64,000 nt of DNA from the human T2T-CHM13v2.0 reference genome, Homo sapiens (GCF_009914755.1 NC_060941.1); one strand, 5' to 3'. Counted from the first letter of the stretch, positions 1-14,779 are shown. Notes: generated by a model from the letters alone, not told the origin. Program-made: numbers and translations.

Positions 1-1091
1 CACCCTCCTCCCACTAACCCCCTGCTTGAAGAAAACCAGGAAAGCAGGCCAACCCACCTGGCAGTTTCCAGATTTACTACAAGGAAGATTTCCAGGTGTC
101 AGGCTCACCTCCCACAGACTGCTCCCCACAGCCACGTTTGCTGCCACCAGCAAGAGCTGGCGTTGGTCAGCTCATAGAGGGTGCTGGGAGTGGCTGGAGC
201 AGGACTGTTCCTTCTCATTTTCCTAGGAGGCAGTTTCTACCCTCCCTCACACCACCCCTGTCCCTAGTGGGGAACCAAAGAGGATCCAGACCGCCAGGGA
301 GAGTGGCACTGCTCCCTGGGCACAGCCACCCCATCTGCAGTGCCCCCCACTCTGCCCTGTCCGCATCCTGAGCAACAGCTGACCATGTGAGGAAACATCC
401 TTGAGAGAGGCCCCACCCTTTCTCCCATACCTGCCTGGGGTCCCCAGCCTTCCCTGAAAACACCACCCTCCCGCTCACATTCCCAGGGCAGAGGCAATGG
501 GAGCCCCTCTTGGGGATTTCCTGAGACTCACACAGGAGTCGGGGCCCCAATCACCCAGCCTGCCTCCCCCACCCACCCTCCCTTTGTGCTTATCCCAGCC
601 CTTGCCCACCTCCTGCCCCATCTAGGGGGAGGGCACAGCCCACAGGACAGGAAGGAGCAACTGACTGAGTGAGTCATCTCTGAGGATTCGGGCTCCCACA
701 CCTGAGATCTTCCCATCCATTTACGGATGGAAAAGCAAGGCTCAGTCAGGGGAAGTGACTGCCTAACTTCCCGAGGTCACAGAGTTACTCACGGGGCAAG
801 CAGTGGCGACCTAGGACCACACCTGATACACCGCCTCCACCCCGGGTCTAGCGCAGCCTGGACCACCCCCTGAAAATCTCCAGCCCTTGGGAGATGCGAG
901 CACCCCCCTCCAAACTCTCCCCAGACTTACTCTTTATGCTGGTCTAAGCTGACCTCTGACCTGCCAGTCAACAACGGGGTCTCCACGCACCATCTCCCCC
1001 CACCCTCACTCCTTCCCATTTCACCCTTTTGTCCCCAGTGCCCACTTCAGCGGCCAGAACAAGGACACATTTCATAGCTGAGTCAACGAGC

Positions 1092-1097
1092 TTTATT
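1092..1097 (-). terminator. AATAAA poly(A) signal of the KRT17 pseudogene
   Basis: tttatt on plus, ~130 nt downstream of the ex8 stop. Confidence 0.8.
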
Positions 1098-1229
1098 GTC
1101 ATCACGCAGGGAAGCATGGGGAAGGGACTGAAGCAGGGGGCTGAGGGTGGAGAGGCCGGAGACCGCGGGGCAGATGGGACCGCTGCCTCCCTGCCTCCTG
1201 GGGGGCCGGCCGGGAAAGCTGAGTGCTCA

Positions 1230-1379
<150 letters not shown>

Positions 1380-1659
1380 CTAGCCCTCATGGACAGGAGC
1401 CGGCTCTCTCCCTCGTCCTCCCCCAGGTGCTGTGAGTGCCTCCACTGGCACCTCAACATCACACTGCACACACATCCCTCCTGTCCCTGCCACCGCCTCC
1501 CTTCCATCCCATCCCTCTGCCGGTGGCCCTGTGTGAGTCTTGCCTCCGCAGATGGGTTATTTGATTCTGACCCAGTGTGTCCTGCCAGGGAGGAGCCATG
1601 TAGACTCCATGAAATCCATCTCCATTTCTCTGCAGTCTCCAGGGCATAGATTTGCTCCC

Positions 1660-1990
1660 ATCTCCCCCATCAGACTGGGATCGCCAAGACAAAAACCAGG
1701 CCCCTATCTCCTCCATTAGACTAGGAACCCTGGGGCTAGCATCATATCTTCTCCATCAGACTGGAATTTGGAGGACAAGGAGCATGTCCCTATTTCCCAT
1801 CAGGCTAGAGTCCCCAGAGACAGGACTGCTTTCGCTCATCCAAAAGCTGTCAAGAGCATAGATCATGAGACCATGTTCCTATCTTCCCATCAGATGACAA
1901 TCTCCAGAGGTGGGACCTGTCTCCTCCATCAGACTAGGATCTCCAAGGTAAGGACCAGTTCCCTGGCCCACCCCATCAGACCAGACAGCA
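1660..1990. repeat. Degenerate ~44-bp tandem array with CCATCAGACT core in keratin intron 7
   Basis: Core at 1667, 1713, 1753, 1797, 1887, 1926, 1973. Confidence 0.6.
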
Positions 1991-3724
1991 TCTCTCTCAT
2001 TTGATCTTTTCCTGAGTATCAATCCTCAGTGCTAACGGGTCACTTCTCCCACCCCTGCTGAGGGACAGCCATCAACTCCTAGAACTCCTGGGGACCCAGC
2101 TCCAGCAACGTGCAGGTGGGCTGCCTGTCCCATGCACCCAATCCCCAAGGCCTCAGCCACCAAGATGCTTATGTTCTTTCTTGTACTGAGTCAGGCTGAA
2201 AGAAAAAAAAAAACAGAGAGGAAATTAGATGTGAGTCTGAGAGCCCCAACCCTGCCAAGAGGCCCCCAGCCCTGACCCCAGGCTCCCCCACTCACTGGGC
2301 ATCCTCGCCCTCCAGCAGGCGGTGGTAGGTGGTGATCTCCAGCTCCAGCCGCATCTTCATGTCCAGGAGGATCTTGTACTCCTGGTTCTGCTGCTCCATC
2401 TCGCAGAGAAGCTGGGCCAGCCGCTCCTCCACACTGCCGATCAGCCCCTGGATCTGGGACAGCTGCATGCAGTAGCGGTTCTCTGTCTCCGCCAGGTTGC
2501 CCTCCAGGGATGCTTTCTGCAGGAGGGCAGGAAGACCAGGGGTCAGTGAGGGTTGTCAGTGTCCTCTTCTGGGCCCATCCCCATGCACAGGACTGTTCCT
2601 ACCATGATGAGCTGGGACTGCAGCTCGATCTCCAAGGCCTGCATGGTGCACCGGAGCTCCGAAATCTCGCTCTTGCCGCTCTGGACCAGCTCACTGTTGG
2701 TAGCCACCTCGCGGTTCAGCTCCTCTGTCTGCAGACAGAACACAGGACAGGGTGGTGTGAGCCTGGATCCCTCTCCTCAGTCAGGCCTCCTCCCAAATCT
2801 AACTGTGGACAGAGTGATGCCTTCTCACCAGCTTCCCACGTCCCAAAGCCCAGAAACATGCCATTTGAAATGTTAACTTTTTATGGTTAATCCCTGCGTG
2901 TGGGAGGCACAGACCGGAAACTTGAGAACCAGCCAGAACATGTAGCCTGGCTCTTGGTGCTAGTTTCTGACTTCTTGAGAGAGAGGTGGGGACTCCCAAG
3001 GTCTTTACCCTCTGCCTTTATTCTGTGGGGGCTCCCTAGCTCCCCACCCACCCCCCAGATCCCAGCTTGAGCTCAGCTCCAGGTCTGTTGATGCAGTGGG
3101 TGACCCTGTGGTCCATGCAGCTTGCTGAGGAGGGAGCATCTCCAAGACACCTGGCCGTGGGCTTACTGTCAGTGCTAAGGCCCCTGAGCCCCAGCCCCGA
3201 AGAGAGACCTCTGGCCTGCAGCAGCCCCCACCTTGCTGAAGAACCAATCCTCGGCATCCTTGCGGTTCTTCTTTGCCATCTTCTCATACTGCTCACGTAT
3301 CTCGTTCAGGATGAGGCTCAGGTCCACACCTGGGGCAGCGCCCATCTCCACATTGATCTCACCGCCCACCTGGCCTCGCGGGGCGTTCATCTCCTATGGA
3401 AAAAGGGGATGTGGATGTGCGCATCTGGACCCATCCTGATCTCTCACTCCCAAGCCTTCCCCCACGAGGTGACCCCACTCCCCACAAGGACCCCTCCTTT
3501 GTTCTTCCTCTGCTCTATCTGACCCTCTAAATGATTTTTATTCATCTGCTCAGTATTGCCTCCACCATCAGACTCTATCTCCCCCATTAGACCAAGGGCT
3601 CTCCAAAATAAAATCTAATTATTAAGCCTATGCCCCAAAAATTTCCCCTCTAATTTCCAAGCTTCTGTGTAGATGTTCAGCTTTGAGAGTTTGAAATGGG
3701 ACAAGAAGGAGACTTCCTTACTTA

Positions 3725-4096
<372 letters not shown>

Positions 4097-5678
4097 TCAC
4101 GGGCCATTGATGTCGGCCTCCACACTCAGGCACAGGGCCTGCTCTGTCTCAAACCTGCCATGGGAATCAGGAACTTCAGCCCAGGCTGCTTGGAATTGCA
4201 GGTCCAGGTCCTGGCTGCTCACCTGCCTTCATTTTGCCAGGACTCTAAGGGGTTGGAAGGGCTGATGAGAGGGTCGAGTGGAAACGAATTCCAGCCCCGG
4301 GGCCTTGGGACCATCACAGGGCCAGATCCTACGCCCACCAGCTTCCTTACTTCTCTCTGCCTCCTGCCTCCCCTCCCTCTCTTCTATTCCCTGCCTAAGC
4401 CCAGCAACCTTCAGAACTGGCTGCCTTCACTGCATCCTGGACTAAGTAGTGGGGCTCCTAGGACTGCCCCACCCTGAGCTCCTGGGCCTTGCCACAAGCA
4501 ACCAAGGAGTCCTGGGGTCAGGAGGGGTACCCTGAGATCCTCCCCCAGCTGACCCAGGCTGCCCAAGCCCACAGCTAGGACTCACTTGGTGTGGAAGTCA
4601 GCAGCAGCCAGATGGGCATTGTCATTCTGTAGCAGGATGTTGGCATTGTCCACGGTGGCTGTGAGGATCAGCGGAGATGGGAGAGTAGTCAGGTCATCGG
4701 ATGGGGGTGGCTGAGCCCACACCAGAGTTCTGAACAGATCTTCCTGCCTGGGGTCCTCTCTTCCCGCCCAGCCCCTCCCTTGCCCCGTGCTGTATTATTG
4801 GCAGAGGAGGGGCAAGCAGGAGTCTGAAGGGCTCAAAGGTGCCTCTTCTTCCCCCGCTACTCAGTACCCCACCAGACCCCCATGCCAGGCTCAGCCTTAA
4901 AGGAGAAGAGACAGCTGGCTGGGAGTATGAGGCAACCAGAAAAGAAAGGGAAAATGTCCCCAGGGCAGAAACTGTCCCAGAATTCTAGAACAAGGGAGGG
5001 GATGTGGGCAACCCCCTCGTTTTACAGTCAGCTAGAGGGTGCCCCTGACAGGCTCCCCCAAAAGGAGGCTAAAGGAGCCCTCACCAAAGAGTGGTCCCAA
5101 ATCAGAAGTCAGGACCCTTCCTAATCCCTAACCCTGGGCTCCAGCCAGCAGCCCCGCCCCCTGCGGTTTGCTGAGCCTGTCTTAAGGGACAGCAGGAGGA
5201 AAGGAGAAGCCAGAAAAATCCCCAAATAAGGCACATCAGAGGCCTTCCCCACCCTGAGGTCCCACCCCCTCCTTTCTGCCTCCCACCCGCAGCAGGTGCT
5301 AGCGGGAGCTCACTCAGACACCCCCACTCCACACCTCCCAAAACCCCTTCCTGCTGACCCCTGCTCCAAAGGAGCAAGACACCACGCATCCAGTGGCCCA
5401 TGGGCCCAGCCCTCCATCTGCATCCTCCTGCCTCATCCTACAACCTCCCCAGGTGGAGGAGCTCCACGAGGGAGAAACTGAGTCTCCAGGGGGCTCCACG
5501 AGGCCTGTTTGTTCCTGACTCAGCCTACTGCCCCCAGAAAAGGGGGATGTGGGCCACACAGGGGCCCCAAGGCAGGTTCCCAGAAGCTAAGCCACAGCCA
5601 AACCACACTTGGCTCCCTGAGACCCTATGGCTGGACTCCAGGCCTTTGGCCAGGGCAGGAGTTGGGGGGAAAAAGTCA

Positions 5679-6247
<569 letters not shown>

Positions 6248-7979
6248 GGCCACCAAGTGGGCGTAGCGATTACAACAGGCTCCTCTGTTTCCGTTCCCCT
6301 GGGCTTTCATCACCACGGGCCACCTGCCAGCTCCCAGGTGGCTGGGGACCCCCTCCCCACCCATCATCAGGAATTTGCCTCATTTCTCCAAATCCTCGTG
6401 CTGGGTGCCACGCGTGTGCGTGCCACTGCTCTGAGGCCCGTCACCTGTGATTTGGGCGGGCCCTCCAGCTATGCTTTCCCATGACCTAATATGGGAGAAG
6501 AGGAGAATACAGGACTTCACCGTCCCCAGGCCCTCCCAGGCAGCCACCACCCCAGCCCGGCCCACCTCAACCCTGTCTGGTGGGGAAATGGGTTGCAATG
6601 TCAGGTGACCACCCCCTGAAGTTGCTGTCTTTCACCCCACACTGCTCCACCCAAGGTGCTGGCCCGGGGCTGGGTGCTGAAGAGAAAGAAGGGACCGAGA
6701 GCCTATCCTGCCTTGGAAACTGAGCCCAAACCCACCAGGCCCACCTCACAGCATAGAAATGCCATCAAGCCTCGGAGACCAACCCACATCGCAGATAAAG
6801 AAATTGGGGCTCCAGAGGGGTGCAGTGTTCACACTGGCCCCTTCTGCAGAGTCTGACACCCAGGAATGCACTCTAGGGGCTACAGTTCCATCCAGTCAGC
6901 TTCTGACCCTGCCCCATCCCTAGAAGCCCTTGCTAACCCAGTCTCCTCGTGTAAACCTTTCCCCAGGTTTACACTCCAGGCTGGGGTGGGCAAACAGGGG
7001 CTCAGCTATAGGATGGGGGAAAGGTGGGCCGTGCTAAGAGAGGATCTAAACCAACTGAGAGGGGGATGCCCCCTTCCACTCCTCTCACCCTTCTGTACCC
7101 CAAGAGACCTCAGGGTCAGGGGAGGGGCATTTCTCTCAGGTCTCAGCCCACAGGAAACCTAAAGGACATTGCCCAAGAAGAGGCTCTTACAGAGACCCCA
7201 GCCAGCCAGCCCCCTCCCCACTCCAGGCTCCCCAAGATGTGGCTCCTCGGGCGGGCCAAGTGCCCCACTCCACAGCCCCACCCTGCCCTGCCCACCACCC
7301 CAAGCCCCGCCCTGGGTCCCAGGGTCCCGCCAGGCCCGCTGGGTGGAAGGTGGTCATGTTTCAGACTGCCAATGGCTTCCACTTCCCAGACAGGCCCAGG
7401 TAGCCCCACCAGCAGCGGAGAGAGATTCCTCAATAGCCCAGTGGCTGCCAAGCCACCAAAGCAAACAGGACACCCCCCATGCGTACACGCACAGCGGCCA
7501 CCCTGCCCCACACACACCCCGAGCTGGGCAGAGCCGGTCTGCTTTCCTGGGCTAGCTGCCTCGCTCTCACCCCCTCACTCATCAGTGCCCTGGACCACTC
7601 CTTCAGAAGCCCCTCCCCACCGAGCCCCTCTCCTTCTGCTCTTGAACCCACCCTGGGCTGAGGCAGGGAGTGCTCCCCAACAGGTGTGGTCCTTGGAAAG
7701 TCTGTGTGGCCCTCCCAGGGACCAGCCACAGGTGACAGGGACTCAGGGGCTGATTCTTAGAAACTTTTCCCAATACAAGGGGCTGTCCCTTCCCTCCACC
7801 CTTAATCCTTCCTCCTCCTCCCCTCTGGTCTTTCCAGGAGCCCCAGGCCTGGATGGAGTGGGCAGAACAGATTGGCAGGTGACAAGCCAATACCCAAACA
7901 CTCAATAAACTCTCCACCTATCCCAGTCCCTCAGCCCACACTGCCCCAAACCAATGAACAGACCAGATCACACGAGGCA

Positions 7980-10900
7980 TTGAACTTGGAGCAAAGCTTT
8001 AATAGCAGGCACTGGACAAACCCAGGAGGCCTCCTCAGTGAGGGGCTGCAGAAAGTAGATACAGAAAGACAACAGGTCATGGACCAGTGCCCAGACGGAC
8101 ACTCGGGGCGTGGCAGTAGCATGCTGGGAGCTGGAGCTGATGGCTGTGCCGTGACCCTCGAGGTGGGGCTGTCACAGGCAGAAAGGGGCCTCAGTGGGTG
8201 GAGAGATGGACCTGCTTACAGAAGACCACCTCTCCAACCTGGACTTCCTCCACGATGGCACACCTGGTGGCTGGTCACTGTGGCTGCAGGCGATGGAGGA
8301 GGGAGGCACAGGGAACATCAGGCAGGAGCTCTTCCCCCCACCTGCCCCTGAGTCTGTGGTCCCCCCAGTCTCCCACACAGAAGGGTCCTCAGCCTCTCCC
8401 CCGCCTTGGGGTCCACACAGCAGGACAGGGCAGCTTCTTACCTTCCCGGGTGGGCTGCGAGGCCAGGGACAAGGAGTACTGAGTGGCCAGCCTGCAGGGA
8501 GAGGAGCACCCATCGACCCAGGGATGCCAGCCAGCCCAGGCCCCTGCAAGCACTGCTGGGGAGAAGCAGGCCCTGGCAGAGGAGGTTCCCCTAAATTGGT
8601 GAAAAATCACAGTTGGGAATGCACAGAAATTAGCACAGGCCCAAGAATGAAAGGGCAGGGGTTCAGTGCAGCAGGAAGAAGAAAAAGAAACAGCACAGCA
8701 GTAGGCCTGGAGGCACTCACCAGGAATTTACAAGGAGAAGCTGAGCAAGTGGTTTTTCCATGTCCCAGAGGACCCAACAAATAGACCCAATTAAAGCAGG
8801 AGAGACTGTCGTTAGACTATAGATGGACTTCACCATTTTCGGGGAGCAAAAAGCTGCAACGTGTGACTAAGCATGGAGACTCCAGGACACACTCAGCTGA
8901 AGGCCTGATCACCCTTCCCAACTGCAAACCCGACCACCACCCACCATGCTCTTCACCCTGTGGCTGATGGACTCACACAGTCATCGGAACCAGAAACCCA
9001 GGGCCATCAATGCCCACTCCTTCATATGTGTTCACCCAACGCTTACTGAGTCCTGACCGTGAGCCACGCTTACCCTGAGATCCAGGCATCCAGTCCTGCT
9101 GTTTTGAGCTATAACCTCTCTTCTGCGTGCACCACCTTCCTTCCCCTGCCCCCCCACCCAGCCTCCACCCCGCAAGACTTCTCTGGCCAGACTCCCTGCT
9201 CTAGCCCCCTGACGCGTCTCTCTGGCCCCACCCTGACCCCTCTGATCCATTTCTCCCTCTGTAGCCAGAGTGAATGTTCTAAAATATCTTGATGTTCATT
9301 CCCCTCTTCTGCTCCAAATCCCTCCATGGCTCCCCATTGCCTACGTGATCTAGTCCAGACGCTTTAACTTGGCAGTCAAGGCTCCTCAGTCAGACTCCAG
9401 CCTGCATCGTCAGTTTCACCTCCTGCAAACCCCACAGGTTCCCACATTCACACCTCCTGAACTTTGCTGGTGCTCAGACACCAACTTCTCCCTGGGTGAA
9501 GTGGGCCCCCAGCCCGCCCCAGCAGGTACCTGGGTGCACACTCACTGGGCGTCCTCAACCTCTAGCAAGCGGCTGTAGGTGGCGATCTCCTGCTCCAGCT
9601 GCGTCTTCACGTCCAGAAGGACCTGGTGCTCGTGGTCCTGGTGCTCTGCATCACAGCAGAGCTCGCACAGCTGCTGTTCCATGCTTCTGATGAGCCCCTG
9701 CAGCTGGGCCAGCTGGGTCCTGTAACACACCTCCGTCTCCACCAGGCTGCCCTCCAGCGATGCTTTCTGTGGGCCAAGAGATAGGTGGTGCGATGAGATG
9801 GACGTGGGACCCTTCCCCATGGCAGAGCACTAGAGAGGAGCCCCTCCTGTATGGAGCTGTGGGTGCTGCCGGCACAGTTGGGTGGTAGTGCACCCAGCCA
9901 CTGAGTGTGAAGGGACAGGCTGGGTGGGGACTCTGGTTCTCCAAGCAGGGGTCTATAAGGCTGCGCTCACCCTGGGGTGACAGGTACAGGGTGGGGAGGG
10001 GACAGAGGCCCTACCTTGCTGAGCTGGGACGGCTCAGGTTCTGCACAGAGATGTAGAGCTCCATATCTCCATCCTGCCGCTCTGCAGGGCCTCTGTGTTG
10101 GTGGCCACCTCGCAGTTCAGCCCCTCTCTCTGGAAGGCAGAGTGGGCCACAGGGGTTTATGGAGACTTTCAGAAGTGGGGCACAGGAAAGGGGCTGTTCC
10201 TGAGCCCTCGCCTCCCAGAACCATCCCCTAAACCCTCCCTGGCCTCTATGGGGCCCCAAAAGCACCTGCACACAAAGACTCTCTGCACCCACGTTGGACC
10301 TTGGAGGAATTCAGCCTGCTCTGCGGTCGTTTGCATTTCTTACTCCTACCGAACTACAGCACCTCAAAGACAGGCACTGGGTGTTATTCTTTTGCACCTG
10401 TTGCTGTCCCTAGGACACCGGACACACTCAGCCTGTGCTTGCCAAGGGTATGTGTATGTACTCAAATACACACATCCTGTAAACAGCTGTGGTGGAAACC
10501 CAAGACCAGACTTGCAGAGAACTGGATCTATTTTGCAGGCCACAGTGAAGGGCTGTGTGAGCTTGAGTCCTCTCTGAGCCTCACATTTTACATCGAAGAC
10601 ATGAAGGGCTGGTCCGACTGGTTTCCAAAAGTCCTTCCAACTGGGACAGCCTGTGAATCTGCCGGTGTTCCAACTGCACCAGCACACGGCGTATGTGCCC
10701 ACACGTGTGCACACCTGCTTACACACGGCCACCCACCAAGCTGAAGAACCAGCCCTGGGCATCCTTGCAGCTCTTCTCCACCAGTTTCTTGTCCTGGTCA
10801 CGCATCTCATTCAGGATGCAGCTCAGGTTCACTCCAGGCACAGTGTCCATCTTCACACTGACATCCTTGTCCACCTGACCTCAAAGGGCGTTCATTTCCT

Positions 10901-12281
10901 GGGCAGAGAGGACAGCAGGAACTCACCCAAGGCCATCCTGGGGAAAGACCCTGGGGCCTGCCTTCTCTCCCTCGGAGAGACAGGTACGGATGACAGACAG
11001 ACAGACAGACAGACACAGATAGGCCAACAGCTCCTCACCCTGAAGGTGGAGATGGATGTTGTCATTACTCAAACATACAGGGCTATGAATATCAGCAACC
11101 TCCCCCAACACACACTGTGACTCGGGACTGGACTTCACCCATCCCCAACAAGTGCTAAGCCCCAAGAGATGACAACCCCCCAGCACGGCAGAGAATGACC
11201 ATGGGCGACCTCACTCACTGCCCTGGCCTCGCCCCTACCACCGCCTTGCCCCCACCACCAACCCCACAGCACAGGCATGCAAAAAGCAACCTTACGCTGC
11301 TGTCACCGCGCCAGGCCCCGTTAGCAAATGTTAATCTGCTAGAGGAAAGCAATTGTATAACCAGCCTCAACGCCAGGGGGAAACACCTTCCGGGTGTCCT
11401 GCTTCTCGGGGAGTAGGCTCCCCCAGCTTAGAGCAGCACAGAGCTCGGCTGAGAAGGAAGCCACAGGACAGGGCACGTAAGACCTCCTGACCGCCCCGGC
11501 AGGACCTTGGATCTCTATCCTTGGGTTGAGCCTTGGAGTCCCTGGGACCTAGAACCTTCTGGAAAGGAGGGGCAGGAGAGGGGCAGAGAGGTGGGGTGGA
11601 TACGAGTCCGACAGACCTGAAGGAGGGTCCCTGTGCAGCCGTAGATATATCCCTTAACCTCTCTGAGCCTCAGTTTCTTCACAGGTCAAAAGAAAGAAAC
11701 AGTATCTTTCTCCCAGTTTTTGTATCAGTTGAGTTAATGGCTGTGAGTCACTTGTAGTGCTGGGCAGAAGTTCCTTGTTTTAATGACTATCACTATTATA
11801 ATTAGTTCTAATAATTAGTATTGTGTGTTCTTACACTGAGTTACTCATTAGTTAGTTAACTGCAGTGAGCTGAGCCTCAAGGGACAAATGAAGTCTATTT
11901 GAGAAGAGGGCTCCTCCAGGCCTCACCCAGGGTCCTCTGAGGGTCAGAGCTAGGCATCCATAAAGGATGGGAACTGGACTGGAAGCATGGCCCAGCCCAG
12001 GGAGGTTCTGGGCCCCAGCCTCGCTTGCTTCCAGGTGAATTTCTGCTGCATTCCCTGAGCTGAACTCACCTCCTCATGGTTCTTCTTCAGGTAGACCAGG
12101 TCCTCCTTGAGGTTCTCAGGCTGCATCTCCAGGTTGGCTCCAGGCAGGGTCAGCTTGTCCAGCCCCTGGGGCAGCTCCAGAGACCCAGCCTCACTTGGTG
12201 CAGAAGTCATCGGCAGCCAGGTGGGCATCATCCACCTGTAGCCAGTATGAAGCTGGAATTACCGATCACAGCCACCACGAT
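7980..12281 (-). pseudogene. KRT17P7: Type I keratin pseudogene of the KRT42/K17n type, exons 2-8 only
   Basis: ex2 12281-12195 (frameshift, no AG acceptor), 3' half of ex3 ~12170-12070, ex4 10898-10737 (TGA at 10881-10883), ex5 10129-10015 (115 vs 126 nt), ex6 9766-9546, ex7 8491-8442 (LATQYSLSLASQPTRE, resembling the mouse Krt42 tail), ex8 8283-8191 (...QVHLSTH*), ATTAAA 7998-8003. It lies directly upstream of the KRT17 copy, as KRT42P does at 17q21. Symbol from recall. Confidence 0.85.
11640..11765 (+). mobile_element. MIR fragment
   Basis: cttaacctctctgagcctcagtttcttc MIR core. Confidence 0.6.
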
Positions 12282-12687
12282 CGGGGAGAGATGTGGGCTC
12301 CATGAGAAAATGCCCTTGGCAGCCTCCAGGAGACCCTCCAACATCCTTCTTGCAGCCTTTTTGGAAGTGAGCCAGGGTGGGGGTGATGAGAGTCCCCGTG
12401 GTCTTCTCTGACCCTCCTGGGAATTTCTGGGACCCAGCCAAGGCCCTCGGGGGTTAAAGGGTGATGGGGGTAGGATGCCCAGGCATGGGTAAAGACGGAT
12501 GCCAGGAGAGAGACCCTTATGCAGCCATCTCCCACCATGGGGGTCATGGCCTAAGCTGCCTAGGCCTCACTCCCTCTTCCCCAACGAAATTCACCTCTAG
12601 GCTCAGCTGCCACCTCCTCCAGAAAGCCCTCTTGGATTACCTTTCTGTGTCTCTTTTCCGGGCCATACCTCCTGCCTTCTCCAGCCC

Positions 12688-12737
12688 GGGTGCACACTCA
12701 CTGGGCGTCCTCAACCTCCAGCAAGCGGTGGTAGGTG
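12688..12737 (-). repeat. 50-bp ectopic copy of the keratin exon-6 3' end and splice donor
   Basis: 47/50 identical to 9532-9581. Confidence 0.85.
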
Positions 12738-12739
12738 TC

Positions 12740-13128
12740 AATTAGTTCAACTTCTATGGAAAAAGTAGGGAGGTATCTCAAAGAACTAAAAGTACAACTA
12801 CCTTTCGACCCAGCAATCCCACTACTGGGTATCTACCCAAAGGGAAAGAAATCATTATATAAAAAGGCACTGCACTCCCATGTTTATCGCAGCATAACTT
12901 ACAACAGCAAGGTCATGGAACCAAGGTAAGTATCCACCAACGGTTCATTAAATAAAGAAAATGTGGTGCATATACACCACAAAGTACTAGGCAGTCATAA
13001 AAAAGAACAAAATCATGTCCTTTGCAGCAACACAGATGCAGCTGAAGGTCATTATCCTACGTGAATTAACACAGAAACAGCCAAATATTGCATGTTCTCA
13101 TGTATTAAGTGAGAACAATGGGTACACA
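12740..13128 (+). mobile_element. Old L1 (L1PB/L1MA-type) ORF2-end/3' UTR fragment
   Basis: Translates ELKVQLPFDPAIPLLGIYPK; L1 3' UTR motifs aaatcatgtcctttgcagcaac and gcatgttctca. Confidence 0.85.
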
Positions 13129-13363
13129 GGGAGCCCAGGCTATTTATTTGTGCTCAAACAAAGAAACAGGTGGTGAGGCTGTGGGGGTTTAAAGGAATCA
13201 ATGTATCAAGTGAGTGAGCTACAGCTGCGATGGTGTAGCATTTTCTTTGAAACATGTGGCTACTTGAGATAATGGGAGTGCTAGAAGCAAGGAGCCAGCA
13301 AGTCTAGCAGACATGCAAGCCCTGCCTCAGCTTCTCTCCCAACACTCAGCTTTTCTCCCAACA
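13129..13363 (-). mobile_element. Truncated LTR14-family (HERV-K) LTR, 3' end missing
   Basis: Minus strand begins TGTTGGGAGAAAAGCTGAGTGTTGGGAGAGAAGCTGAGGCAGGGCTTGCATG; AATAAA at 13143-13148; cut ~14 nt later at the L1 junction. Family assigned from recalled consensus. Confidence 0.7.
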
Positions 13364-13845
13364 GGACAGAGTAAGCAGCAGTAAGTCTCAGTGCCTTAGG
13401 ACCAGAGGGGCCCCAGTGCCCCTTGGTCAGGATGCTGAGCCCAGAGAGGGCAAGATCCTGACTTGAGGTCACAGAGCAGCAAGCCCTGGCAGAACTAGCA
13501 TTCCTTTTGGAGAAATTCAGAGTTCATGGTCCCCAGGAGTCATTCATTTACTCATGCATTCATTCGGCAATTACATATTGAGCATCTACTATATGCCAGG
13601 CCCACTTCTAGCCCCAGCATACAGCAGTGGATAAGACAAACCAATTCCCACCTCAAGGAGCTGATGCTCTGGTCACAGAGACAGAAAACAAGTGAAGAAG
13701 ATCACATTACATGATGCTAAAGGCTAGCAAATAAAATTACACCACATGGAATGTTGGAGTCACTCTGTCCAAATGGTGGCCACTAGCCCCATATGGCTAT
13801 TTGAGTTTCAAGCAATTGGAGTAATTGAAAATTAAAGAGTTTAGC
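13129..13845 (+). repeat. Direct repeat copy 1 (~717 bp: LTR part, L2 fragment, MER3 half)
   Basis: ~97% identical by eye to 51908-52622; the ORF track shows near-identical peptides at 13526 and 52304. Confidence 0.95.
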
Positions 13846-14207
<362 letters not shown>

Positions 14208-14779
14208 TTAACTAGTTTTGGATCTCTTCCACTAAAGGGATTGCCTGTTGAACGTTGTTAGGAATATAAGTACTGAAGGCAAACTGCCTGGGTTTGAATT
14301 TTGTTCTGTCCCTTGCACCCTGCCTGGGTTCAAATCCTAGCTCTGCTTATTAAGTTCTTTTAAGTGATGCTCTTTGAGCAAATGTCTTAGCTTCTGTTTT
14401 CCCAAGTAAATGGACACAATAGTTGCTACCTTGTGAAAGATTCATGTAATTGACCAGTGTTTACCAAGTAGCATCTGTGTTCAGTTTCAGTCATTGGTGA
14501 TTCTGCAGTTGGACTGTGATGGGGTGGTGGGGTAGGGGTGGTGTGTGTGTGTAGCACTTAATTGCACGCAGAAAGGAAAAGATACTTTTGATGACCCAGA
14601 GGCAGCTTTTCTCTGCTTTTGTGTCAAAAGGGAGGAATGGAGTTTGGAGAGGGAAACTAATTCTGTTCAATACTAAGCTCTCTTCCTCAAAATCAGAGGT
14701 ACATAGAATGTGTAATAACTTACAGAATTTCTAGACTTCAACAATCTGAATTTTTTAAAATTCATTTTTATTTTTTCAG

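Noticed and set aside
7024-7908. 294-aa Pro-rich ORF
   Set aside because: Non-ATG start, C-rich intergenic composition, no recognisable domain
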